Under the pieces are notes generated by a model. The model was not told where the DNA came from and searched no databases. It worked only from the letters and a program-made list of their open reading frames with translations. From an uncultured delta proteobacterium (GTDB lineage: Bacteria; Desulfobacterota; Desulfobaccia; Desulfobaccales; 0-14-0-80-60-11), in the NCBI GenBank assembly GCA_963768765.1, contig CAVYJK010000024.1, positions 26,167 through 90,166 of the forward strand: a stretch of DNA of 64,000 nt, written 5' to 3'. Of the stretch, positions 1-9,725 are shown in pieces. Within the stretch, counting starts at the first letter, position 1. Every line of letters begins with the position of its first letter. The position numbers were made by a program, and so were the translations under genes.

Positions 1-1
1 A

Positions 2-652
<651 letters not shown>

Positions 653-702
653 GGGAGGAGCGGTCGGGAGTCAGCGGTCAGCATTCAGTAAGAGAAATGT
701 AT

Positions 703-731
703 GGGCGGACCTGGGTGTCCGCCCTTTTTTT
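703..731 (+). terminator. Rho-independent terminator after guaB
   Basis: Stem GGGCGGAC (703-710) pairs with GTCCGCCC (717-724), followed by T7 (725-731). Confidence 0.75.
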
Positions 732-834
732 GTGTAGCCGCAGGCTTCAGCCTGCGCCAACACGGGCTGGAAAGCCTGTGCCCCCAGGTTTTCTGTAGGG
801 TGCGCCCTGCCAGCTTATTTTTTAAAGGATTTTC

Positions 835-890
835 TTGACAATTCCGATCTGTGTGGTTAAAAAGATACCATATGGTATATAGAATACCAC
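835..890 (+). promoter_or_regulatory. Putative promoter plus palindromic operator of the xre/immA pair
   Basis: TTGACA lies at 835-840. The perfect 14-bp palindrome ATACCATATGGTAT lies at 865-878, with a half-site repeat GAATACCAC at 882-890. All sit just upstream of the RBS AAGGAGGGAGG and the ATG at 907. Confidence 0.5.
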
Positions 891-906
891 ATAAGGAGGG
901 AGGAAA

Positions 907-1272
907 ATGTTTGGAAACTTTATAAAAGAGCGGAGGATTAAGAAGGGGCTAACCCTTAGAGAATTCTGCAAATTGATAGAGGTAGATGCAAGCAATTGGA
1001 GCAAAATCGAGCGTGGTTTACTCGCTCCGCCTAGAAGTGAATATAAGTTGAAGAAGATTGCGGAAATTTTGGAAATTCCTGTAGGCTCTGACTTATGGTT
1101 TGAGATGAAAGACAGGGCAGAATTAGATATAGGTAATATTCCGACAGACATTCGGTCCGATAAAGAATTGATAGGTCATCTTCCAATGTTTTTTCGAACC
1201 ATCAGGAGCGAAAAGCCCTCAGCGGAAGATTTGGATAATCTAATTGAAATGATTCGCAAGGGAGGGAAATGA
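907..1272 (+). CDS. XRE-family helix-turn-helix transcriptional regulator
   Basis: The N-terminus IKERRIKKGLTLREFCKLIEVDASNWSKIERG is a typical Cro/C1 HTH. There is a strong RBS. The sequence is AT-rich compared with the flanks. Confidence 0.85.
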   Translation: MFGNFIKERRIKKGLTLREFCKLIEVDASNWSKIERGLLAPPRSEYKLKKIAEILEIPVGSDLWFEMKDRAELDIGNIPTDIRSDKELIGHLPMFFRTIRSEKPSAEDLDNLIEMIRKGGK

Positions 1273-1905
1273 TTGGATTTTTCTAACTTCAAGTGTAAAT
1301 GGATAGATAAAAACCAACTTAGGGAACTGGCGGAAAAGATAAGAAAAGAATATTGGCCTGAAGGTATCCTTCCTATAAATACGGCCGAGATTGTTGAGCT
1401 CAGGTTAAGATTTGACGTGGAGCCTGTGCCTGGTCTACTTTCCCTCTTGGATATGGACGCTTACCTTAAAACCGATTTAAGCGGAATCGTAGTGGACCAT
1501 GACTGCTATATGCAAGATAGATTTGCAAACCGGTTGCGTTTTTCGTTGGCGCATGAATTAGGTCATTATTTTTTGCATAGGGATGTTTATTCAAATCTAC
1601 CTTTGGTCTCTGTGGAAGACTGGAAAGATTTTATCCTTAATGTTCCCGAAGACGAGTATGAAAATTTTGAATGGCAAGCAAACGAATTTGCAGGCCGGTT
1701 TTTGGTCCCTTACGGCGATTTGGAGTCTAAGGTTGAAGAGTCTTTGGAGATTATAAGAAAGCTGGATTTGATAGAATACCTGCAGGAAGACCATGACGCA
1801 GTTTTGTCAAGAGTTTCTCCTTTTCTCCGAAGGACGTTCGGAGTCTCTGAACAGGTCATTGTCCTCAGGGTTAAAAGAGAAGGTTTATGGCCACCAGAAA
1901 TATAG
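1273..1905 (+). CDS. ImmA/IrrE-family zinc metallopeptidase
   Basis: HEXXH motif in SLAHELGHYFLH. The TTG start directly abuts the xre stop codon, suggesting translational coupling. The Xre+ImmA pairing is typical. Confidence 0.8.
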   Translation: MDFSNFKCKWIDKNQLRELAEKIRKEYWPEGILPINTAEIVELRLRFDVEPVPGLLSLLDMDAYLKTDLSGIVVDHDCYMQDRFANRLRFSLAHELGHYFLHRDVYSNLPLVSVEDWKDFILNVPEDEYENFEWQANEFAGRFLVPYGDLESKVEESLEIIRKLDLIEYLQEDHDAVLSRVSPFLRRTFGVSEQVIVLRVKREGLWPPEI

Positions 1906-1995
1906 ATTAGATGGTTCTAATAGAGATAAAATAGCTGCAAGATAAGACCTGCGGCTGCTGAAAAGAAAAAGGGAGGGCCAATTGGCTCCCCCTTT

Positions 1996-2598
1996 TTATT
2001 TGGGGCGCAACGCACCCCACATTATTTTAGGGCGACCCGGCGGGTCGCCCCTACTTATGGGATTGGGGTGGGGGTATGGGGGAGGGGAAAGGGCTCTTGC
2101 CCTTTGCCCCTCCCCCATAACTTCCCCTAATTTCTCACCCGGCCGCGGCCTTGGGTTGGGCGGCAAGCCAGGCGGCCCGGGCTTCGGCCGGCGCACCGGG
2201 CTGGGGCCCAGTTTCAGGACCCGCTCCACCATCTCTTTGGCGATGGCGGCGAATTTCGGTCCTTCCGAGGACGACAGGTTGAACATTTCCACCCGCTCCG
2301 GCTCCAGGCCCATCTGGGCGAAATCCTTCTTCAACTTGTTCACCCGCTTTTTGGCCCGGATGTTGCCCACGAGGTAATGACATTCACCCTCCAGGCAGCC
2401 GGCCACGAAGACGGCGTCGGCCCCGGCCTCGAAGGCCTTGAGCAGGTGGATGATGTCCACCCGGCCGGTGCAGGGCATCAGGATGATCTTGATATCCGGG
2501 GGGTATTGCAGACGCATCGAACCTGCCAGGTCCGCGGCGCTGTAAGCTCAGTAACGGCAGCAGAAGCCGATGATCTTGGGAGAAAACTCTTCTGTCAT
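1996..2598 (-). CDS. mvhD: MvhD-like (methyl-viologen-reducing hydrogenase delta subunit family) protein with a probable selenocysteine at codon 17
   Basis: The ATG at 2598 gives MTEEFSPKIIGFCCRY, then TGA at 2550-2548, and the same frame continues AYSAADLAGSMRLQYPPDIKIILMPCTGRVD...GCLEGECHY. The family motif is CC-x-W-C-x-Y-x-x-AD. The C-terminal ~65 aa are low-complexity read-through into a repeat element. Confidence 0.75.
2548..2550 (-). other. In-frame UGA, candidate selenocysteine codon in mvhD
   Basis: The TGA sits at the position of the third conserved Cys of the N-terminal CCxWC motif, and the frame is continuous on both sides. Confidence 0.65.
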
Positions 2599-2612
2599 GA
2601 TGTCTCCTTTCC

Positions 2613-5600
2613 TTAACCGGCAGCCAGGGCCGTTTCCTGGGCGATGACCTGGGCGTCGGTGAAATTCTTCAAGGTGATAGCCTTGGCCGGGCACTCCGAG
2701 GGGCAGATGCCGCAGCCCTGGCACTTGGCCGGGTCGATGTAGGCCGCATCGATGGTGTAATCGATGACCGGGACGTTGAAGGGGCAGGTCCGCACGCAGG
2801 TGAGGCAAACGACGCACTTGTCCGGGTCCACCACGGCCACGATGCCGCCCACCTCCACCTTGTCCTTGGCCAGGAAGGTGGCGGCCCGGCCCGCGGCGGC
2901 CTTGGCCTGAGCGATGGATTCATCGATAGGTTTGGGAAAATGGACCAGCCCGGCCAGGAAGATGCCGTCGGAGGGCAGATCCACCGGCCGCAGCTTGGCG
3001 TGGGCCTCATTGAGGAAGCCCTCGGCGTTTCGGGGCACCTTGAAGATCTCGCCGATATCTTCCACCGGGTTGGGCAAGACGGCGCTGGCCAGGGTGAGGA
3101 TATCGGGGTGCAAAACCACCGGCATCCCCAGGATGGGATCGGTGATGGTCACCTGGAGGCCGCCGTCCCCGGTCTGCTCCACCTGGGGTTTGCCGGTGAG
3201 GTCGAAGCGGATGAAGATCACCCCCAGCTCCCGGGCCTCTTTGTAGAGCAGTTCCTTTTCGCCGTAAGTGCGTAGATCCCGGTAGAGGACGAAGACGTCC
3301 AGGTCTGGGTTGCCCCTCTTGAGCTCGATGGCCCCTTCCACCGAGTGGGTGCAGCACAGTCGGCTGCAGTAGGGGCGTTGGGGCTCACGGCTGCCCACGC
3401 ACTGGATGAAGACCGCCTGTTTGGCGCCCGCGACCTTGGGGTCCTGGTCGGCCAGGAGCTTATCGAACTCGAAGGAGGTGAAGACGCCCGGGTGCTGGCC
3501 GTAGAGGTACTCGTCGGGCTTGAAGGCCTGGCCGCCGGTGGCCATGACCGTGACCCCGTGGTCCAGCATCCGTTCGCCGGCCGGGGTCTTGACGGTGGTG
3601 TTGAAGTTGCCGATGAAGCCGCTGGTGTCCTTGATGGCGGAGTTGAACAGGATTTCGATGTTGGGGTGGGTCTGGACCTTCTGGATGAGGTCTTCCAGGT
3701 AGCCCCGGTAGTCGTAGCCCCGGGAGCTGGTCACCAGGTTCCAGGCCTGGCCGCCCAGTTTGTCGGACTTTTCCACCAGGTAGGCCTGGAAGCCCATGTC
3801 GGCGATGGACCGGGCCGCTTCCATGCCGGCCACGCCGCCGCCGATGACCAGAGCGGACTTGGTAACCGGGAAGGCCTGTTTGTGCAGGGGCTCCAGTTGC
3901 ACCACCCGGGCCACCGCGCCCCGGACCAGGTCCTTGGCCTTGGCCAGGGCCTTTTCCGGTTCGTGCATGTGCACCCAGGAGTCCTGGTCCCGGATGTTGG
4001 CCATCTCAAAGAGGTAGGGGTTGAGGCCCACCTGCTGGATGGTCTCCTGGAACATGGCCATGTGGGTGCGGGGGGAACAGGATGCCACCACTACCCGGTT
4101 CAGCTGGTTCTCCTTGATGGCGTTCAGGATCTTGTCCTGGGTGTCGGCGGAGCAGGTGAACAGGTTCTGGTCGGAGAAGACCACGCCGGGGAGGGTGGCG
4201 GCGTATTCCGCCAGTTCCGGCACATTGATGACCCCGCCGATGTTGATGCCGCAGTTGCAGACAAAGACGCCCACCCGGGGGGCCTGGCCGGCCACGTCGA
4301 TCTCCGGCGGCAACTCCCGCACCTTGATGGCCGTGCCCCGGGCCGAGGCCAGCAGTTCGCCGGCGGCCGCGGCCGCCGCCGAGGCCTCCATCACCGATTG
4401 GGGAATATCCTTGGGGGCCTGGAAGACGCCGCAGACGTAAACCCCGCTTTTATTGGTGTCCACCGGCGCAAAGGGTGAAGTGGCGGCAAAGCGGGTCTCG
4501 GTCTTGACCTCGATGCCCATGGTCTTGGCCAGATTCAAGGCGTCCTGGGAGGTCTCCAGCCCCACGGAGAGCACCACCATGTCGAACTCTTCCGTCTTCA
4601 ATTCGCCGGTTTCCGCCAGGTAGCGGATGGCCAGGCCATCGGAACCCGGCACCGGGTCGATGGTGTGCACCCGGGAGCGGACGAAGCGCACCCCGTGCTC
4701 CTCTTCGGCCCGCCAGTAGTACTTCTCAAAATCCTTGCCGTGGGTGCGCATGTCCATGAAAAAGATGGTGGCGTCCAGGGGCTCCTTGCTGTGCTCCTTG
4801 GCGATCACCGCCTGTTTGATGGCGTACATGCAGCACACCGCGGAGCAGTAGCTATTGTCGCAGTGGTGCAGGTCCCGGGAGCCCACGCACTGGAGCCAGG
4901 CGATCTTCTTGGGCTCGGCGTGGTCCGAGGGCCGGACCAAATGGCCGGCATAGGGCCCGGAAGCCGACAGAATCCGCTCGAACTCCAGGCTGCTCACCAC
5001 GTTGGGATAATTGGCGTAATGGTAGGCCTCGTATTTGGTGGGGTCGTAAACCTGAAAGCCGGGGGCCAGGATCACCGCGCCCACGTTGAGCTCCAGCTTT
5101 TCCGGCCCCAGTTCGTGGGCCACCGCCCCGGCCTGGCAGGAAATGGCGCACTGCATGCACTCGGAGCAGATGCCGCAGTTGATGCAGCGGGCCGCTTCCT
5201 CCACGGCCTCCTCTTCTTTGTACCCCAGATTGATTTCCTTGAAGCCCTTGATCCACTCCTCCAGGGGGATGGTGGTCATGAGGGCCCGGTGCTTCTTTTC
5301 GAGGTCGGCCCGGATGGGGCTCCACTTGCCCTCTTCCTTGGGAATGGGGCGCAGCGGCGCTTCCCGGTCGGCCTTCAGGTCTTGGCCCCTGCAGGTAGCG
5401 GTCGATGGAGGGGCCGCTTCCCGGCCGGCGGCCACCGCGGCGATGGCGATAAAGGGACCGGTCTCCACGTCGCCGCCGGCAAAGACGGCGGCGCGAGAGG
5501 TGGCCTTGGTCACCGGGTCCGTTTCGATGAGGCCCCGGGGAGTGAGCTTGATGCCGTCGGCGTCGGTGAGGAATTTTAGATTGGTCCTCTGGCCGATGGC

Positions 5601-7084
5601 CATGATCACCACGTCGGCGTCCCGGGCGGTGGTTTTATCCTCGAAATAGGTGGGGGAGAACCGGCCCTGCTCGTCGAAGACCCGCGCCACCGCCTTGAGC
5701 GTAAGACCGCTCACCTTGCCGCCCTGGGCCTTGATCTCCTTGACGCCCCAGCGGGTGACGATCTCGATGCCTTCGTGCTCGGCCTCTTCCACTTCCCAGG
5801 GGGAGGCGGGCATCTCTTCCCGGGTCTCCAGGCAGATGAGGGTGACATTACCTCCCTGGCGCCGGGCGGTGCGGGCCACGTCCATGGCCACGTTGCCGCC
5901 GCCGATGACCAGCACCTTTTTGCCCTTGAAGTCGAACTTCTGGCCCAGGGCCGAGTCTTTCAGGTACTCCACGCCCCAGAGCACGCCCTGGGCGTCGGAG
6001 CCGGGCACCGGCAGCCGGATGGAGTCCTGGGCGCCCACCCCGAGGAAGACCGCGTTGAAGCCGTCCCGGGTGAGCAGGTCGTTGACGGTGCGGTCGCCGC
6101 CGATGGGGGAGTTGTAGTGGATCTGCACGCCCAGGCGCTTGATGTAGTCGACTTCCCGGTCCAGGACCTCCCGGGGCAGGCGGTATGCCGGGATGCCGTA
6201 GCGCAGCCAGCCGCCGGCTGGCGGGCGCGGCTTCGAAAATCACCGCCTTGATAGCCTTTCAGGGCCAGGTGGTAGGCGCAGCTCAGACCCGAGGGCCCGG
6301 CGCCCACGATGGCCACTTTCTCGCTCTTCTGGGGGATCTCCGGCACCGGCAGGGCGTCCCAGTCCACCGCGTCGGCCACGAAACGCTTCAGGTTGCAGAT
6401 GGCGATGGGCTCGTCCACTTCCTGGCGGCGGCAGTCGCTCTCGCAGGGGTGGGGGCAGATGCGGCCGATGGTGCCGGGGAGCGGCAGCCGGTCCATGATA
6501 ATGGCCAGGGCTTCGGGGTATTTATGCTCCTTGATCAACTGCACGTAGCCCTGGGCGCTCAAATTCGCCGGACAGGCCCGCACGCAGGGGGCCCGGTCGA
6601 GCTTCTTGATGGCAAAGGTGGCGGGAATGGCCTGGGGGTAGAGGCGGTAAATGGCCTTGCCTTCGCCGAGGCCCAGGTTGAATTCATCGGGGACCCGCAC
6701 GGGGCAGACCTCGGTGCAGGCGCCGCAACCGGTGCATTTGGCCGGATCGATGTAGCGGGGCTCCCGGGCCACGGTGACCGTGAAATTTCCCGGCTCGCCG
6801 CTGATGGCTTGCACTTCCGACAGGGGCAGGATTTCGATGTTGAGGTGACGACCACACTCCACCAACTTGGGAGAAATGATGCACATGGAGCAGTCATTGG
6901 TGGGGAAGGTCTTGTCCAGCTGGGCCATGACCCCGCCGATGGCCGACTTCTTTTCCACCAGGTGCACGTAAAAACCGGCGTTAGCCAGGTCCAGGGCGGC
7001 TTGCACCCCGGCGATGCCGGCCCCGACCACCATTACCTTACCTACAGGATCTTTTTTTGCAGCTGCCATAAAAGCACCTTCCAT
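2613..7084 (-). CDS. hdrL: HdrL-type giant heterodisulfide reductase subunit A homologue with an inserted NfnB/GltD-like NAD(P)H module; interrupted by two apparent 1-nt insertions at about 6222-6250
   Basis: ORFs 5960..7084 and 2613..6128 are joined through the short frame of ORF 5848..6243. The HdrA motifs appear twice (VGAGIAG..DKTFPTNDCSMC; QCVGSRD..CSxxCC). The GltD-like segment is AIVGAGPSGL...GWLRYGIPAYRLPREVLDREVDYIKRLGV...GGGNVAMD. There are several CxxCxxCxxxCP ferredoxin motifs. The likely start is the ATG at 7069, with RBS GGAAGGTG. Confidence 0.85.
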
Positions 7085-7580
7085 ATTTATGGAAATAATT
7101 TTGTACAGGCTTTGTGAATATCCCCACTTAGAAAATATTAGAACAAAATTGCCGCATAAGTCAAGCGAGAATCAAGACGGCAAAGGGCGGCGCAGACGTG
7201 AGGTTTTTCTCGAGCCCAAGCCTTGACCAGGCTTAAGAAATGCTTAAGTATATCATAGGGATAAACTTGGGGGCGGTGGGAGGAAAAGTAACCGCGATTT
7301 GGCCAGATGCGGCAAAATGTCCCATGGGCCCCAGGGTTCGACCTGGGTTCAAAGATCGGCGCCACCGGTTGGATGCCCGTTCTTTGTAACTGTCAAGCTT
7401 CCGCTTGGGAACCCATTTGGAGGCAAAGCTCCGCTTTGCCAAGTTGTTGGTTAAGTACTTAAATTTATATAATTAATTCAATGGCGTGCCCAAGCAGAGC
7501 TTGGGCGGCAACGGCGTTCCCAGGCAGGAGCTTGGGAACGAGAACTAAACAATTGCTGCAATGCATCCATGTCTCGTATA

Positions 7581-7650
7581 TCATTCTGAACGGAGCGAAG
7601 AATCCCTTTTTTATGAGCCCTCGAGACCCTTCACTTCGTTCAGGGTGACA
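7581..7650. repeat. Long inverted-repeat element (family GTCAYYCTGARCGNAGCGAAGRATC)
   Basis: The arms TCATTCTGAACGGAGCGAAGAATCCC and GACCCTTCACTTCGTTCAGGGTGACA are present. Related copies lie at 28706-28760, 39983-40065 and 43057-43126. Confidence 0.7.
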
Positions 7651-7784
7651 GAACTAATAGGCCTTGCCGTACCCGGCCATTAATCGGCGGCCATGGGCCG
7701 CTCTGAATGCTTGCTACGTTGAAAAATTTTGTCTTGGACCGTAGGGGCGCACCTGTGGGTGCGCCCAAATGAACTTGCTGAGAG

Positions 7785-8633
7785 GTGAGTACCGTGATCT
7801 TACCAGACATTGATCCGAAGGAGCTGAAGGAATTCTACGAAGTCCTGGGACTGCTGGAAGAGCCTTTGGGCCTGTATTACACCCCGGTGGAGCCCGCCGA
7901 TGGCTTCTCGCCCCAGACCGCGGTCTTGCCCACCGCGGAGATGGAGGCCGCCGGGGAGGTGGATTGGGAAGCCACCTTTACCAATTTCTCCTGCGTCATC
8001 GGGGTGATCTGGCGGGCCCGCAAGCTAGGAAAACCGGCCTACTTCGACCAGGCCCGCTTCGGCTGCCTGGGGGGCGCCTTCTACCTGGGGTTTTTAAAGC
8101 CCCAATTGGAGCGCATCGTGCACTATGTCTCCACCGGGGCTCCCGGCATCCTGGAAGGCGAGTGCTACCTGGAGTCCCCGGAAGCGGTGCGCCGGTTTTT
8201 TGAAACCGTGGACCCCCGGCCGGCCCCGGCCCAGTTCTGCGTGTTCAAGGCCCTGAGCCAGTTTGGCCCGGAGGAGAACCCGGAGGTGGTGATCTTTTTC
8301 GCCCGGGCCGAGACCATCGGTGGCCTCAACCAGCTGGCCACCTTCGTCACCAATGATTTCGAAGCGGTGCAGTCGCCCTTCGGCGCGGGCTGCGCCAACC
8401 TGGCCACCTGGCCCCTGAAGTACCTGGAACGGGGCCAGCTGAAGGCGGTGTTGGGGGGCTGGGACCCCTCGGACCGGCGGTTTTTAAAGCCCGATGAGAT
8501 CACCTTCGCGGTGCCCTGGGAGATGTTTGCCCGCATGGCCGCCCGCTGGCGGGAGTCCTTCCTCACCAAGCAGGCCTGGGCCACGGTCAAGAAGAAGATC
8601 GAGCTGAGCCACCGGGCCTGGAAGGAGAAATAA
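7785..8633 (+). CDS. DUF169-family protein (COG2043-like)
   Basis: The length and conserved Cys/Gly pattern (FSCVIG, RFGCLGGAFYLGF, FGAGCANL) match my recollection of DUF169. No search was run. Confidence 0.55.
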   Translation: MSTVILPDIDPKELKEFYEVLGLLEEPLGLYYTPVEPADGFSPQTAVLPTAEMEAAGEVDWEATFTNFSCVIGVIWRARKLGKPAYFDQARFGCLGGAFYLGFLKPQLERIVHYVSTGAPGILEGECYLESPEAVRRFFETVDPRPAPAQFCVFKALSQFGPEENPEVVIFFARAETIGGLNQLATFVTNDFEAVQSPFGAGCANLATWPLKYLERGQLKAVLGGWDPSDRRFLKPDEITFAVPWEMFARMAARWRESFLTKQAWATVKKKIELSHRAWKEK

Positions 8634-8833
8634 GGTTAAGCTATAATTTGAGGGGAGGGCGGGGGGACAAAATCCCGTGTCTTCCCCTAAGACCAATCCC
8701 AGGCCACAAAATTGGTGAAAAAGTAGAGTGCGTCTTACTCACCAATAATGGTGCGTGAGACGCGCCCTACAAAGCTTATTATTATCAGAAAGTTAGGATA
8801 TAGAGAAGAGTGATATTTAGAGAAGCAAATATA

Positions 8834-9016
8834 TTATTGTTGTTTTTTTGAAGTTGTAACCTTAGATTTATGGTCCCAATCATAGTGTCCGCAAATTGTA
8901 CAGACTAAATCCCCAGTATCTGAACCCTGAATATATTCTTTATCGAAATTAGGATTCTCACATGCCGGCCTGTCACCCCATTTCTGTCTCAGTAGTTTTG
9001 CTTTTTCTAATTGCAT
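8834..9016 (-). CDS. Small hypothetical Cys/His-containing protein (AT-rich islet)
   Basis: 60-aa ORF in the AT-rich islet with the sequence CENPNF...CTICGHYDWDH. I recognise no homologue. Confidence 0.35.
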   Translation of the reverse strand: MQLEKAKLLRQKWGDRPACENPNFDKEYIQGSDTGDLVCTICGHYDWDHKSKVTTSKKQQ

Positions 9017-9072
9017 TTTGTAGTATTCCTCTACTGATAGATTTAATTTCTATATAATTTAATAGCTACCGC

Positions 9073-9429
9073 TCAATACTCATAATAATTATAATTGTAT
9101 GAGCCTTTTGGTCCATAAATAGTACCAAATCCAGTTCTTGGTTTGTTAATCTGATATAACATCATATTATTTTGAGATTGTTGTTGTTGAATTAACTGTT
9201 GCTGTTGTAGATTGTTACTCAGGTTTTGAAATCCCCTTTGTATCGCCATCCGCCTTTGCAGATCAAGTGCTTGTAATTCATTAATCCTAGCGTGATAGTC
9301 ACTAGAGGATATTTCTCCCTTTTGATAAGCTTGAGTTAATGCATTAGCCTGCCCTTGATACGGACTTACACAACTAGTTAAAGCAAGAGCTACTAATACA
9401 AGGAGAACAAAGAAGGCTATTTTTTCCAT
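9073..9429 (-). CDS. Putative lipoprotein with a Gln-rich tract (AT-rich islet)
   Basis: Signal peptide plus lipobox (LVALALTSC), the tract QQQQLIQQQQSQNN, a Tyr/Asn-rich C-terminus, and an upstream RBS GGAGGAAGC. Confidence 0.55.
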   Translation of the reverse strand: MEKIAFFVLLVLVALALTSCVSPYQGQANALTQAYQKGEISSSDYHARINELQALDLQRRMAIQRGFQNLSNNLQQQQLIQQQQSQNNMMLYQINKPRTGFGTIYGPKGSYNYNYYEY

Positions 9430-9649
9430 TTTTTGCTTCCTCCAAAACCTATTCCCCCATTTGCTTATAATTCATGTAAAGTTTTTTTGCAATAAGTAAT
9501 TATATTGTTTAAACAATTTTATTGGCAAAGTATGCATAGCTTTGGCTACCGCATATGAAAAGGCTTCTTAAGAAATATCTTCATACCTTCCAAAGGCCGG
9601 GCAATTTCTTCCTTGCAGGAACCGCCTTAAAGGATAAAATAAAACATTA

Positions 9650-9681
9650 GGGGATGAGGCATAATATTATGCCTCATCCCC
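9650..9681. promoter_or_regulatory. Perfect 32-bp palindrome upstream of the mrp-like gene
   Basis: GGGGATGAGGCATAAT|ATTATGCCTCATCCCC lies about 45 nt upstream of the ATG at 9726. Confidence 0.4.
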
Positions 9682-9725
9682 TGCCCCACGTTTTCACCCG
9701 ATAAAGTTTTACGAGGAGTTATATT

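Noticed and set aside
7326-7365. tRNA/tmRNA-like T-arm (CCCAGGGTTCGACCTGGG) followed by GGCGCCACC.
   Set aside because: The loop is 6 nt, not 7. No acceptor-stem partner, D-arm or anticodon arm can be built upstream. The spacing to the CCACC is wrong for a tRNA or tmRNA 3' end.
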